A stretch of DNA of 64,000 nt. Source: Phenylobacterium sp. (GTDB taxonomy: Bacteria; Pseudomonadota; Alphaproteobacteria; Caulobacterales; Caulobacteraceae). Within the stretch, counting starts at the first letter, position 1. Each line of letters opens with the position of its first letter. This document shows positions 28,010 through 37,730 of this stretch, one piece after another. The stretch spans positions 1,027 to 65,026 of the forward strand of contig NZ_JANINU010000355.1 of the NCBI RefSeq assembly GCF_024508875.1, read 5' to 3'. Both the position numbers and the translations under genes were made by a program. Under the pieces are notes generated by a model. It worked only from the letters and a program-made list of their open reading frames with translations, did no database searches and was not told where the DNA came from.

Positions 28010-29442
28010 GCCAGGGCTTCCTTCCAACGCTTGATCTGCGCACGAACCTGGTCCGGCGCGGTTCCACCATAGCTCTTCCGGCTGGCCACGGAGGCCTCCG
28101 GCGTGAGCACATCGTAGATGGCCGAGGTGATCCGTCCATCCAAGGCCTGAAGTTCGGAAAGCGGCAGTTCGGGCAGGCCGACGCCTAGCTCCTCGGCCTT
28201 CTTCACGGCGGCGCCCGTCACGTGGTGGGCGTCGCGGAACGGCAGGTTCAGCTCCCGTACGAGCCAGTCGGCCAGGTCCGTGGCGGTGGAGAAACCGGCG
28301 CCGGCCGCAGCGGCCATCTTCTCGCGCACCGGCTCCAGGTCGGCGACCATTCCGGCCATCGCCCGCAAGCTCAGTTCCAGGGCGTCGAAAGCCTCGAAGG
28401 TCGGGACCTTGTCCTCCTGCATGTCCTTCGAATAGGTCAGCGGCAGGCCCTTCATCACCACGCTGAGCTGCGTGAACGAGCCCAGTAGGCGGCCCACCTT
28501 CGCCCGGATCAGCTCGGCGGCGTCGGGGTTCTTCTTCTGCGGCATGATCGACGAGCCGGTGGTGAACGCGTCGCTCAGCCTGATGAAGCCGAACTGCGGC
28601 GTCATCCAGATCACGATCTCCTCGGCCAGGCGCGACAGGTGCGTGGCGCAGATCGTGGCGGCGGCCAGGCTCTCCAGCGCGAAGTCCCGGTCGGCCACGC
28701 TGTCCAGCGAGTTGGCCGTGGGTCGGTCGAAGCCCAGCGCCTTGGCCGTCATATGCCGGTCGATCGGGAACGGCGATCCAGCCAGGGCGGCCGCGCCCAG
28801 GGGGCTTTCGTTCATCCTCGCCCGTGCGTCGGCGAAGCGGGCGGCGTCGCGGCCGAACATCTCCACATAGGCCATCAGGTGGTGGCCGAACGTCACCGGC
28901 TGGGCCGGTTGCAGGTGCGTGAAGCCCGGCATGACCGCGTCGGCGTGCAACTCGGCTTTGGCCAACAGCGCGTTTTGAAGCGCCTTTATCTGGGCTGCAG
29001 TCCGGTCGCAGGCGTCGCGAACCCACATGCGGAAGTCGAGCGCCACCTGGTCATTGCGCGACCGCGCCGTGTGCAGCCGGCCGGCTGCCGGGCCGATCAG
29101 CTCGCGCAGGCGGGCCTCAACGTTCATGTGGATGTCTTCGTACTCGTCGCGGAATGCGAAGGTCCCGGCCTCGATCTCGGCCTCGATCGCCGCCAGGCCG
29201 CCCTGGATCGCCGCCTCGTCCTCGCTTGTAATCACGCCCGCGGTGCGCAACATCGCGGCGTGCGCGCGAGACCCCGCCAGGTCCTGCGCCGCGAGCCGCT
29301 TGTCGAAGCCGATGGAGACGTTGATCGCCTGCATCAACTCGGCGGGCTTGTCGGAGAACCGGCCGCCCCACATGGCCTGTCCCGTCCCCGACGATCCAGG
29401 GGCGGACGGCCGGGCGGGCGATGCGGAGGAAGAGTCGGTCAT
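28006..29442 (-). CDS. argH: Argininosuccinate lyase
   Basis: [38 protein letters not shown]. Alternative start at 29373. Confidence 0.96.
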   Translation of the reverse strand: MTDSSSASPARPSAPGSSGTGQAMWGGRFSDKPAELMQAINVSIGFDKRLAAQDLAGSRAHAAMLRTAGVITSEDEAAIQGGLAAIEAEIEAGTFAFRDEYEDIHMNVEARLRELIGPAAGRLHTARSRNDQVALDFRMWVRDACDRTAAQIKALQNALLAKAELHADAVMPGFTHLQPAQPVTFGHHLMAYVEMFGRDAARFADARARMNESPLGAAALAGSPFPIDRHMTAKALGFDRPTANSLDSVADRDFALESLAAATICATHLSRLAEEIVIWMTPQFGFIRLSDAFTTGSSIMPQKKNPDAAELIRAKVGRLLGSFTQLSVVMKGLPLTYSKDMQEDKVPTFEAFDALELSLRAMAGMVADLEPVREKMAAAAGAGFSTATDLADWLVRELNLPFRDAHHVTGAAVKKAEELGVGLPELPLSELQALDGRITSAIYDVLTPEASVASRKSYGGTAPDQVRAQIKRWKEALA

Positions 29443-30084
29443 ATGAGCGAAGGTCCGAAGAGCGAGAAGGTGGCGGACAAGCCCAAGGCCAGAGCCTTGA
29501 CCTGGGGCCTCTGGGGCGCCGCCCTCGTGGGCGTCGCGGCGGTTCTCTACATCATCGCTTCCGCTTCCACCACGCCGACTCCGGCCACCGGACCGAAGAC
29601 CGGAGCTCCCGCGCCCATCGCGTCGCTGGCGAGCAAGCTGACGACCCCGGCCCAGCCCACGCCGCCGCCGGACTACACGTTCTACGACGGGGCCGGAAAG
29701 GCGATGAAGATCGCCGATCTGAAGGGCAAGGTGGTGGTCATGAACATCTGGGCCACCTGGTGCGGGCCCTGCGTGACCGAGATGCCGACGCTGGCCAAAC
29801 TGCAGGCGGCCTATGCCGACAAGCCGGTGGAAGTGGTGACCGTCAGCATCGATTCCGAAACCTCGGCGTCCAAGGCGCGGCTGTTCATCGCCCAGCATGC
29901 GCCGCTGAAGTTCTACCACGACCGGGAGATGAAGCTTCCGTTCAAGCTGTCGCCGCCGGCGCCGGGCGCGCCGACGACGGTGATCTACGGCAAGGACGGC
30001 CTGGAGGTCGCGCGGGTGGCGGGCGAGGCCGACTGGTCCGGCGCCGAGGCGCGGGCCCTGATCGACAAGGCGCTGGGCGGATAG
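29443..30084 (+). CDS. tlpA: TlpA-family thioredoxin-like disulfide reductase
   Basis: N-terminal TM anchor, [15 protein letters not shown] (CxxC). Confidence 0.88.
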   Translation: MSEGPKSEKVADKPKARALTWGLWGAALVGVAAVLYIIASASTTPTPATGPKTGAPAPIASLASKLTTPAQPTPPPDYTFYDGAGKAMKIADLKGKVVVMNIWATWCGPCVTEMPTLAKLQAAYADKPVEVVTVSIDSETSASKARLFIAQHAPLKFYHDREMKLPFKLSPPAPGAPTTVIYGKDGLEVARVAGEADWSGAEARALIDKALGG

Positions 30085-30090
30085 AGCGTG

Positions 30091-30138
30091 GAGGCCTTCT
30101 TGTCAGGCGGGATGGCTGATCCTGACTGGGAAGGCCTC
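30091..30138. terminator. Long imperfect hairpin between convergent genes
   Basis: GAGGCCTTC/GAAGGCCTC outer stem plus GTCAGG/CCTGAC inner stem. Confidence 0.6.
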
Positions 30139-30148
30139 TAGCGCGTCC

Positions 30149-30577
30149 TCAGACCGGAACCTTCGCGCGCGCCTCTTCGGTCGTCTCGACCGGCTGGCTG
30201 GTCAGGGTCCGGACCAGGTTGACCAGCGAAGTGCGCACCTCCGGCGCCAGCCGCTCGTACGCGGAAAGCAGCTCCAGCGCCCCCGGGGTGCGCATTCGCG
30301 TCAGCAGGTCCAGGTCCTCGGCCGTTTCCTTGTCGGCGCCGTCGAAGACGTCCATCAGGTCGGTCACCCGGCAACGCAGCGCGCGGGCGATCTGAACCAG
30401 GCGCGAAAACGAGATGCGGTTCGCGCCGTTCTCGTATTTCTGAATCTGCTGGAAGCTGACGCCGCACTGCTCGGCGAGCGCCTCCTGCGACATCCCGATC
30501 GTCCTGCGCCGGATGCGCACCGCGGCCCCGAGCGCGATGTCCATCGGGTCAGGCGCCTTGGTCGAAACCTCGGCCAT
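30149..30577 (-). CDS. XRE-family HTH transcriptional regulator
   Basis: GMSQEALAEQCGVSFQQIQKYENGANRIS. Confidence 0.92.
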   Translation of the reverse strand: MAEVSTKAPDPMDIALGAAVRIRRRTIGMSQEALAEQCGVSFQQIQKYENGANRISFSRLVQIARALRCRVTDLMDVFDGADKETAEDLDLLTRMRTPGALELLSAYERLAPEVRTSLVNLVRTLTSQPVETTEEARAKVPV

Positions 30578-30792
30578 TTCCCTAGAGTCCTCTTGTAACG
30601 CGGTGTCCCCGTCCGACGCCGCAAGTTCAAGTTGCGACTAAAAATCCTTTGTTCCGGAACTGCAAAGCTTTTTCAGCCCTGAGGAGAGTGTCGTGCAACC
30701 AACTCGCCCCAGGCGATCAACGCGCGATCAAGGTCTTGGTAACCGAAGCACCGCCGAACTGCGGGTCGTTGGAGTTTCGATTCACCAAGGCC

Positions 30793-31044
30793 ATGCGCGT
30801 CATCCAGCTGCATCCTCCGTTCGACCACGGCGCCGCGCTCCGGGTCCCCCCGGCGCACGACAAGAAGAACTGGTCGGTGCTTTGGCAGTGGCTGGGCGAG
30901 GACGCCCGGTCCGTGGCCGAAGCCTCGGCCGTCCAGGTCCGCACGCCCGAAGGCATGGTCGTCGCTCACAGCGGCGACTGGATCGTGCTGTCACACTCGG
31001 GCGCGTTCCACGTGGCCCATGCGCTGCGGCCGCTCGACGCTTAA
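30793..31044 (+). CDS. Small hypothetical protein
   Basis: 83 aa from ATG 30793 (MRVIQLHPPFDHG..GDWIVLS), strong GC3 bias; divergent from the XRE gene. Confidence 0.65.
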   Translation: MRVIQLHPPFDHGAALRVPPAHDKKNWSVLWQWLGEDARSVAEASAVQVRTPEGMVVAHSGDWIVLSHSGAFHVAHALRPLDA

Positions 31045-31050
31045 GGCGCC

Positions 31051-32130
31051 TCAGCGGCGCCAGGAGATCCGGACGCCCAGCTTGTGGGGCTTCATCTCGA
31101 TTGACGGGTCGGGCCGCCACGCCGCCAGGGACGCGGCGTTCCAGGACAGCCTGTATCGCACCAGGTAGCCGTCGTGGTCGGACAGGGGGCGGCGCGCGCC
31201 GACGGTGGTGAAGATCGCCTGACTGCGGACCGGCTCGACGCGGACCGCGCCCTGGCTGAACGCCTGCAGGTCCTGGGTGCGCAGCCAGGGTTCGGAGGCG
31301 GCGTCTCCCGCTCCGTCGCCGCAGCCCGAGCCGGGCTGGCTGCAGAACTCGCCCACCACCGTGTAGGGTCGCTCCAGCGCGTCGTAGTAGTAGCGCGCCG
31401 GCGAGTTGCGGATGTTGAAGTCGCCGCCCAGCAGCAGCGGCGCGCCGGGCGCACGATTTTCCTCCAGGAAGGCGTTCAGTTCCCGAACCTGGCCGTTGTG
31501 GGCGGGCAGCGTGCGCGAGCGCGGCGCCATCGAGGCCTTGCGCGAGTTCATGTGCGTGTTGACCACGTCGATCGTGGTGGGCACGCCCTCGGGGGCCAGC
31601 CGGACCAGCATCGCGCCCTTGTTGGCCAGGCAGTCGAAGCCGGCGCAATTGTTGTAGGCGGCGCTTCGCACATCGAGGATGGGCGCGTCGCTGAACACGT
31701 GCAGCCCCCCGCCCATCAGCTTACCGACGCCCTCGCCTCGGAAGGCGTCGCGGGCGCCGAGCACCGCGCCTTCGAACCGGGTACGCTCCGCCCGGCCGGG
31801 GCCCTGGGCCCAGTAGCGGTAGCCGCTGGCCGCGAAGAGCTGTGCGACCTCGTCGCGGAAGCCCTCCTGAATCAGCACCACGTCGGGCTGGCGTCCCTCG
31901 CGCCGCAGTTCGGCCAGTTCGCGCCCGATCTCCCGGAGCGCCGCGCCGCGGCCGAGGGCGATGGGCCAGGGCAGGCCGCGGACGTTGTAGGTGAGCACGC
32001 TGATCTCGGCGGTCTGGGGCGACGCCGCAGAGTTTGGGTGCAACGGGACAGTCGCCGCGACTTGGCTGGAAGCAGTCTCCGCGGCAGGCGCCACATGGGC
32101 GGGCGGTGTCGCGCTGGGTTCCAAGTACAT
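31051..32130 (-). CDS. Endonuclease/exonuclease/phosphatase family (sphingomyelinase-like)
   Basis: LTYNV, LIQEG, NTHMN, GGDFN, SDHDG motifs. Confidence 0.85.
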   Translation of the reverse strand: MYLEPSATPPAHVAPAAETASSQVAATVPLHPNSAASPQTAEISVLTYNVRGLPWPIALGRGAALREIGRELAELRREGRQPDVVLIQEGFRDEVAQLFAASGYRYWAQGPGRAERTRFEGAVLGARDAFRGEGVGKLMGGGLHVFSDAPILDVRSAAYNNCAGFDCLANKGAMLVRLAPEGVPTTIDVVNTHMNSRKASMAPRSRTLPAHNGQVRELNAFLEENRAPGAPLLLGGDFNIRNSPARYYYDALERPYTVVGEFCSQPGSGCGDGAGDAASEPWLRTQDLQAFSQGAVRVEPVRSQAIFTTVGARRPLSDHDGYLVRYRLSWNAASLAAWRPDPSIEMKPHKLGVRISWRR

Positions 32131-32392
32131 CTCTCGCCGCTCCAGGACATGCGGGCCCGACGCTTGGCGGAAATCCCCCGATTCCTCAGCGCCGAAGCAA
32201 CGCGTTGTTCGAATACGGCCCGATGTCTTTTCGCTATTCTCCGGGCGAGCGTGGAAATGACCTGTGTCGTTTAAGGGTGTGTGACAGTTCGAATGTCGTT
32301 TCGCGACATGCTGTGTTTGCCGCAGCATACGGGTGACGCGAAGGCAGGCGCCGGCCGGGGCATAGTCGCGCTCAACGCATTCGGAGGACGGC

Positions 32393-33130
32393 ATGAGCGA
32401 TATCCTGACGGTCGAGGATCTGGAGGGCGGCGCCCAGCGGCTGACGATGAACCGGCCCGATCGATTGAACGCGATCAACCAGCCGATGGCCGAGGCTCTG
32501 CTGGCCTATTTCGAAGGACTTCGCCGCAATCGCGATGTCCGGGTGGTGATCGTGCGCGGGGCCGGCCGGGCGTTCAGCGCCGGCGCCGACCTGAAGGCCA
32601 TGGGCACCCCCGAGGCGCTGCAGGATGGACCCAGAGGAGACTGGGTGCTGCGCGACCTGATGCGAGCCATGCGGGTGTGCCCTCAGCCGCTGGTGGCGAC
32701 TGTGCGGGGGGCTGCGGCCGGCGGGGGTCTCGCCATCGCGCTGAACTGCGACATCATCCTCGCCAGCGAGAGCGCGGCGTTCCACTCGGCGTTCACCGCC
32801 ATCGGCCTGTCGGGCACCGAACTGGGCGTGAGCTGGCGTCTGCAGCGTATGATCGGCATCTCGAAGGCCCGCGAGGTGCTGATGGCCGGGCGGCCGCTGC
32901 TGGCCCAGGCCGCCCTGGAAGCGGGGCTCGTGTCTGCGGTGACGGCCGAGGATGGGTTGGACGAGGCAGGCCTGGCCATGGCGCGCGACATGCTGAAAGC
33001 GGCCCCCGACGCCCTGCGCCTGTCGAAGCGTGCGATGGACGCGTCGCTCGAGCAGCCCAGCTTCGACGCCGCCGTCGAGGCCGAGGAGCGCAGCCAGATG
33101 CTGATGATCGTCCGGCGCGGGCGCGAGTAG
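32393..33130 (+). CDS. Enoyl-CoA hydratase/isomerase
   Basis: LTMNRPDRLNAI, FSAGADL, AAGGGLAIAL. Confidence 0.92.
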   Translation: MSDILTVEDLEGGAQRLTMNRPDRLNAINQPMAEALLAYFEGLRRNRDVRVVIVRGAGRAFSAGADLKAMGTPEALQDGPRGDWVLRDLMRAMRVCPQPLVATVRGAAAGGGLAIALNCDIILASESAAFHSAFTAIGLSGTELGVSWRLQRMIGISKAREVLMAGRPLLAQAALEAGLVSAVTAEDGLDEAGLAMARDMLKAAPDALRLSKRAMDASLEQPSFDAAVEAEERSQMLMIVRRGRE

Positions 33131-33133
33131 GGC

Positions 33134-34192
33134 CTACCCCTTCACCCGCAGGATGGTCCGGAAGCCCACGTGGTCCGAGCCGGTGTCGGTCGGCCCAGCC
33201 TCCCGCGCCGGCGGCCGGTAGCGGAAGCAGAAGTTGTCGGCGCAGAGGAACGAGCCGCCCTTGATCACGTGGCGCTTCTCGTCCGGGGTCGACGGTAGGT
33301 AGGCCTCCCGCTCGGTCGGGCCGACCGGGTCGACGATCTGTGTCGGGTCGAGGTTCGGCGCGTACCAGTCCTTGGTCCACTCCCAGACGTTGCCGGCCAT
33401 GTCGACGAGGCCGTAGCCGTTGGCGGCGAAGCAGCCCGCGGGGGCGGTCTGCGCCTTGTACCCGTCCGTGCCGGCGTCGGCCTGGGGGAAGGGCCCTTGC
33501 CAGACGTTGGCCTGGGGCTTCTTCATATCGAGGGGCTGGTTGCCCCAGGTGTAGGCCGCATCCTTGAGACCGCCGCGCGCGGCGTACTCCCACTCGGCCT
33601 CGGTCGGCAGGTCGCGGCCCAGCCAACGCGCGTAGGCGAGGGCGTCGTCGTAGCCGATCTGGACGACCGGATGGTTCTCCTTGCCCTCGATGGAACTGCC
33701 CGGACCCTCCGGATGACGCCAGTCGGCGCCGCGGATCACGCGCCACCACTGCCCCGGCCCGTCGTTGGGGTTCTTCGCCCCCACGAACACGATGGCTGAG
33801 GGTTTCAGGTCGTCGCCCGCCAAGCCCGGATAGAGCTTCGGATCCAGCGGCTTTTCGGCCAGCGTCACATAGCCGGTCGCGGCGACGAACCGGGCGAATT
33901 CGGCGTTGGTCACCTCGGTCTTGTCGATCCAGAACGAACCCACCCGCGTGGCGCGAGGCGGGCCTTCCTCTCGCCGGGCTGGCGCCGCGCCCTGCAGGTA
34001 CTCGCCGCCCTTCACCAGAACCATTCCCGCGGTGGATGGCGCGCGGGCAGGGATGGGCTGCGGCGGCAGGCAATCGCTCTTCGGCGCCGTCACGATCTTC
34101 TGGGGCGCGGGCCGCCGATCGCAGGCGGCGAACGCTACCGAGAGGGTCGAGAGGGCGAGAAGGGCGGCGGCGGAACGGGACACTCTACGCAT
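33134..34192 (-). CDS. Formylglycine-generating enzyme (SUMF1/FGE) family lipoprotein
   Basis: Lipobox AFAAC; HPVVQI, LPTEAEWEYAARGG, GNVWEW, GGSFLCADNFCFRYR with both catalytic-type Cys. Confidence 0.9.
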   Translation of the reverse strand: MRRVSRSAAALLALSTLSVAFAACDRRPAPQKIVTAPKSDCLPPQPIPARAPSTAGMVLVKGGEYLQGAAPARREEGPPRATRVGSFWIDKTEVTNAEFARFVAATGYVTLAEKPLDPKLYPGLAGDDLKPSAIVFVGAKNPNDGPGQWWRVIRGADWRHPEGPGSSIEGKENHPVVQIGYDDALAYARWLGRDLPTEAEWEYAARGGLKDAAYTWGNQPLDMKKPQANVWQGPFPQADAGTDGYKAQTAPAGCFAANGYGLVDMAGNVWEWTKDWYAPNLDPTQIVDPVGPTEREAYLPSTPDEKRHVIKGGSFLCADNFCFRYRPPAREAGPTDTGSDHVGFRTILRVKG

Positions 34193-35084
34193 GGGCGGGT
34201 ACGGGATCTTCCTCCGGAATGACGTCCACCTCGACCTTGAGGGTTTGGACGCCCGAGGCCAGGATGACCCCGTCGATGGGCGCGACGTCGGCGTAGTCGC
34301 GGCCGATGGCCAGGACCAGGTGGTCGTTGCCGGCCAGGATGGCGTTCGTGGGATCGAAGCCGATCCAGCCGAGCCCGTCGCCGCACCAGACCGCGACCCA
34401 GGCGTGGGTCGCGTCGGCGCCTTCGAGGCGAGGCTGGCCGGGGGGCGGGATGGTGCGCAGGTAGCCCGAGACGTATTTCACCGGCAGGCCGAGCCCCCGC
34501 AGACCGACGATCATGATCTGGGCGAAGTCCTGGCAGACGCCGTGGCGGGCGTCGAAGGCCTGGGCGACCGGGGTGGAGACCTCGGTGGCTCCGGGGTCGT
34601 ACTTGAACTCCGCGAAGATCCGCCTGGTGAGCTCCAGCGCGGCGGCCACGACGGGTCGGCCGGGTGTGAAGCTTTCCCGCGCATAGTCGGTGATCGTAGG
34701 CGTGATGGGCGTTCGCGGTGTCGGGAAGAGATGGGACGCTGGACTGTCGGGACCGAGGTCGCACACGGTCAGGGCGCGCGCGCGGATGGCCTCCCACTGC
34801 GGGCTGGCTTCGGGATCGCCCGCCGGTGGGACGTGGACGTCGATGCGGGAATTGGCCTCGATGACCAACGAGGTGTGGGGCTGGTCGACCGTCACGGTCA
34901 GGATGTCGGCGCCGAACGGACCTGTGCGTTCGAGGCGCGCCGAGGGCTCTGGACTCACGGTGACGGCGCTTTCAAGCACCGTCTGGGTGGCCGACGAGCG
35001 GGGCGTCAGCCGCAGCACGCAGCGGGCGAAGGGCACCGCCTCCTGGTAGCTGTAGGTGGTGCGGTGGCGGAGCTTGTAGTTCAC
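34185..35084 (-). CDS. Transglutaminase-family protein
   Basis: YKLRHRTTYSY N-domain; triad GVCQDFA / THAW / FDPTN; GRDYADVAP. Confidence 0.93.
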   Translation of the reverse strand: MNYKLRHRTTYSYQEAVPFARCVLRLTPRSSATQTVLESAVTVSPEPSARLERTGPFGADILTVTVDQPHTSLVIEANSRIDVHVPPAGDPEASPQWEAIRARALTVCDLGPDSPASHLFPTPRTPITPTITDYARESFTPGRPVVAAALELTRRIFAEFKYDPGATEVSTPVAQAFDARHGVCQDFAQIMIVGLRGLGLPVKYVSGYLRTIPPPGQPRLEGADATHAWVAVWCGDGLGWIGFDPTNAILAGNDHLVLAIGRDYADVAPIDGVILASGVQTLKVEVDVIPEEDPVPAHA

Positions 35085-37588
35085 GCCAGCCCCACCAGCT
35101 TGACCGTGGGGACCGCGTTCGCGCCCTGCAGGAAGAAGCGATCGGCGATGGCGTTGGAAAGGCGCATCAGCGCGCGCTCGTAGCCCAGCACCTTGTCGGC
35201 ATGCAGCGCAGCGGCGTCCTGCGTCTCCAGTTCCGCGGCCAGCGGCAGCAGGATCTTCGACGGCTCTTCGAGGATGCCATCCTCCTGCAGGGTCGGCAGG
35301 ACGGCCAGGTGGTCCTTCAGCGCGGCCACCTGGAAGGCGACCGAGCGGGTGTTGAAGGGGTCCAGCATCACCAGGTCGCGGACGGCGGTGAGCGCCAAGC
35401 CCACGAGATAGCGGGCGCGATAGGTGATCTGGCTGTCGTTGAGGTCGAGCAGCAGGTCGAGGTCGTCGATGGTGGCGTTGTCGTGCGCCAAGGTGCGGGC
35501 GAGCTGGCAGGTGTTGGCGCCGCGCTCGATCCGTCGGCCCATGTCGAGGAAGCGCCAGCCGGCGACGCGATTCATGTTCTCCTGGGTGAGGCCGGCGAGG
35601 CCAGCGATGTGGCGAAGCGCGTTCTCGACCTGCTCAAGGGCCTGGGCCTCGGAATGGACGCCGTCGGCGCCGCCGGCCAGGTCGCCCTCTAGATCGACGA
35701 GCAACCCCCAGAAATCGGCCGACAGGCGTTCGCGCATGCCCGAAGCCGTCCGCTTGGCCGCGCGCACCAGATAGGTCACTGAACCCCAGGCGGTGGCGTC
35801 GTGCAGCGCGTCGCGGGCGGAATCGAGGGCGCGGGCCGGCCGAACCTCGCCGTTGAGGGCGCCCCAGTCGACTAGCACCTTGCGCAGGGATTCGAAGGTC
35901 TGCCCGCGGCCGTGCAGCGAGGATTCGGAATCCATCAGGCTGGAGCACAGGGCGCGGACCATGCGCAGTGTCGCCTCGGTCCGCTCGATGTAGCGGCCGA
36001 GCCAGAACAGGTTGTCGGCGGCCCGGCTGGGCAGGTGGCCCAGGATTCGGCGGACCTTCACCTCCTCGGCGCTGGCGATCAGGGTCAGCCGTTCCACCGG
36101 CTTGTCGTCGATGACCCAGACGTCGGCGGTGCGCGCGCCCTCGCCCATGGAGATCACCCGCGCGTCGACGTGGTCCGAGGTGCGGCAGAAGCCGCCGGGC
36201 ATGATCCGGACGCCCTCGGGCGTCATGGCCGCGAAGACGCGGAGCGTGAAGGGCGCCGGCTGGAGGCGGCCGTCCCGCAGTACGGGCATGGTGGAGAGCT
36301 GCGCGATCTCCTGTCCCACGAAATCGCCCGGGCGCTCGGTCATCCGCTGTCGCAGGACCGCCTTCTCGGCGGGGGCCAGGTCAGCCGCGAGGCGCGGGCC
36401 TCCGAAGAGGCCGGCGTTCTGGAAGGCGGGAGCGATCGCCAGTTCATCGAGGCGCTGCTCGACCAGCGCCTGCTCGGCGTGCTGGCCGCACCACCAGGTG
36501 GCGATGTTGGGCAGCTTCAGCGGCTCGCCCAGGAGCCGTTCGCTGAGCGAGCCCATGAAACTCATCAACGCACGCGATTCGACGAGCCCCGACCCTGGCA
36601 TGTTCAGCACGGTCACCCCGCCGGCGCGGATCGCCTCCAGCATCCCCGGGGTGCCCAGTCGCGAGGCGGCGTTCAGTTCCAGCGGATCGAGGAAGTCGGC
36701 GTCCACCCGGCGCAGGATCACGTCGGCCCGCTTCAGGCCGGCGATGGTGCGCACCCACACCTTCCCGTCGCGCGCCACCAGATCGTCGCCCTCGACCAGC
36801 AGGAAGCCGAGGTAGCGGGCGAGGTGCGCCTGCTCGAAGTAGGTCTGGCTGAAGGGGCCGGGCGTCAGCAGGCAGATGCGCGGCTCGGCCCGGTCTGCGG
36901 TGGCGGCGAGCCCTCGGCGCAGGCTGTCGAAGAAGGGCGCCAGGCGGTGGGCGTTCAGGCTGTTGTAGAGATTAGGGTAGGCGCGGCTGACCACCAGCCG
37001 GTTCTCCAGAGCGTAGCCCGCGCCGGACGGGGCCTGCGCCCGGTCGTCGAGCACCCACCAGCGGCCATCGGGGCCACGTCCAAGGTCTGCGGCGTAGATC
37101 TGCAGGTAGCGACCGGCGGGGGGCGCCACGCCCCGCATCGCACGCAGGAAGTCCGGACTCCCGGTGACCACCGCGGCGGGCAACACCCCTTCGCTCACCA
37201 GCCGGCCCTCGCCGTAGAGGTCTCGGAGGATCGCTTCCATCAACTCGGCGCGCTGGGTGACCCCAGCGGCGATCTGGTCCCATTCGGCCTGGGGAATGAT
37301 CAGCGGCAGCGGGTCCAGCGGCCAACTACGCTCCGTCTCCTCGCCGTAGATCCGGTACGAGGCGCCGCTGTCGCGGATGTGGCGCGCGGCCATGCCGAAG
37401 CGCCCGTCCGATTCGGCGTCCGGATAGCTCGCGAATTCGCGCAGGAACCCCAGCCAGTGCTCGCGCGGCTGGCCTTCGGCGTCGAAGAGTTCGTCGGGAA
37501 CGCCGGGCAGCGGCCGATAGCCGGCTAGCCAGGCGTCAAGACGACCGCCCGTGACGCTGCGCGCTGCTGTGGAGGTGCCTACCGCCAC
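35081..37588 (-). CDS. Circularly permuted type 2 ATP-grasp protein fused to alpha-E (DUF403) domain
   Basis: DRAQAPSGAGYALENR, RRVDADFLDPLELN, LRVFA..MPGG; C-terminal SRAADNLFWLGRYIERTE and GRRIER alpha-E motifs. Confidence 0.92.
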   Translation of the reverse strand: MAVGTSTAARSVTGGRLDAWLAGYRPLPGVPDELFDAEGQPREHWLGFLREFASYPDAESDGRFGMAARHIRDSGASYRIYGEETERSWPLDPLPLIIPQAEWDQIAAGVTQRAELMEAILRDLYGEGRLVSEGVLPAAVVTGSPDFLRAMRGVAPPAGRYLQIYAADLGRGPDGRWWVLDDRAQAPSGAGYALENRLVVSRAYPNLYNSLNAHRLAPFFDSLRRGLAATADRAEPRICLLTPGPFSQTYFEQAHLARYLGFLLVEGDDLVARDGKVWVRTIAGLKRADVILRRVDADFLDPLELNAASRLGTPGMLEAIRAGGVTVLNMPGSGLVESRALMSFMGSLSERLLGEPLKLPNIATWWCGQHAEQALVEQRLDELAIAPAFQNAGLFGGPRLAADLAPAEKAVLRQRMTERPGDFVGQEIAQLSTMPVLRDGRLQPAPFTLRVFAAMTPEGVRIMPGGFCRTSDHVDARVISMGEGARTADVWVIDDKPVERLTLIASAEEVKVRRILGHLPSRAADNLFWLGRYIERTEATLRMVRALCSSLMDSESSLHGRGQTFESLRKVLVDWGALNGEVRPARALDSARDALHDATAWGSVTYLVRAAKRTASGMRERLSADFWGLLVDLEGDLAGGADGVHSEAQALEQVENALRHIAGLAGLTQENMNRVAGWRFLDMGRRIERGANTCQLARTLAHDNATIDDLDLLLDLNDSQITYRARYLVGLALTAVRDLVMLDPFNTRSVAFQVAALKDHLAVLPTLQEDGILEEPSKILLPLAAELETQDAAALHADKVLGYERALMRLSNAIADRFFLQGANAVPTVKLVGLA

Positions 37589-37730
37589 CCTTCGCTTCCC
37601 CCTGCCCGATGTCTCGCCCCGGACGCTGGCCGCGACCCTAGCACAGACGTTTCGTGGGTCACCCGACCTCGCGGCTATGGCGCGGTTCCGAACTGTCTAA
37701 TATGGCGGCGCTTCAGCGCCGGGGGATTCG

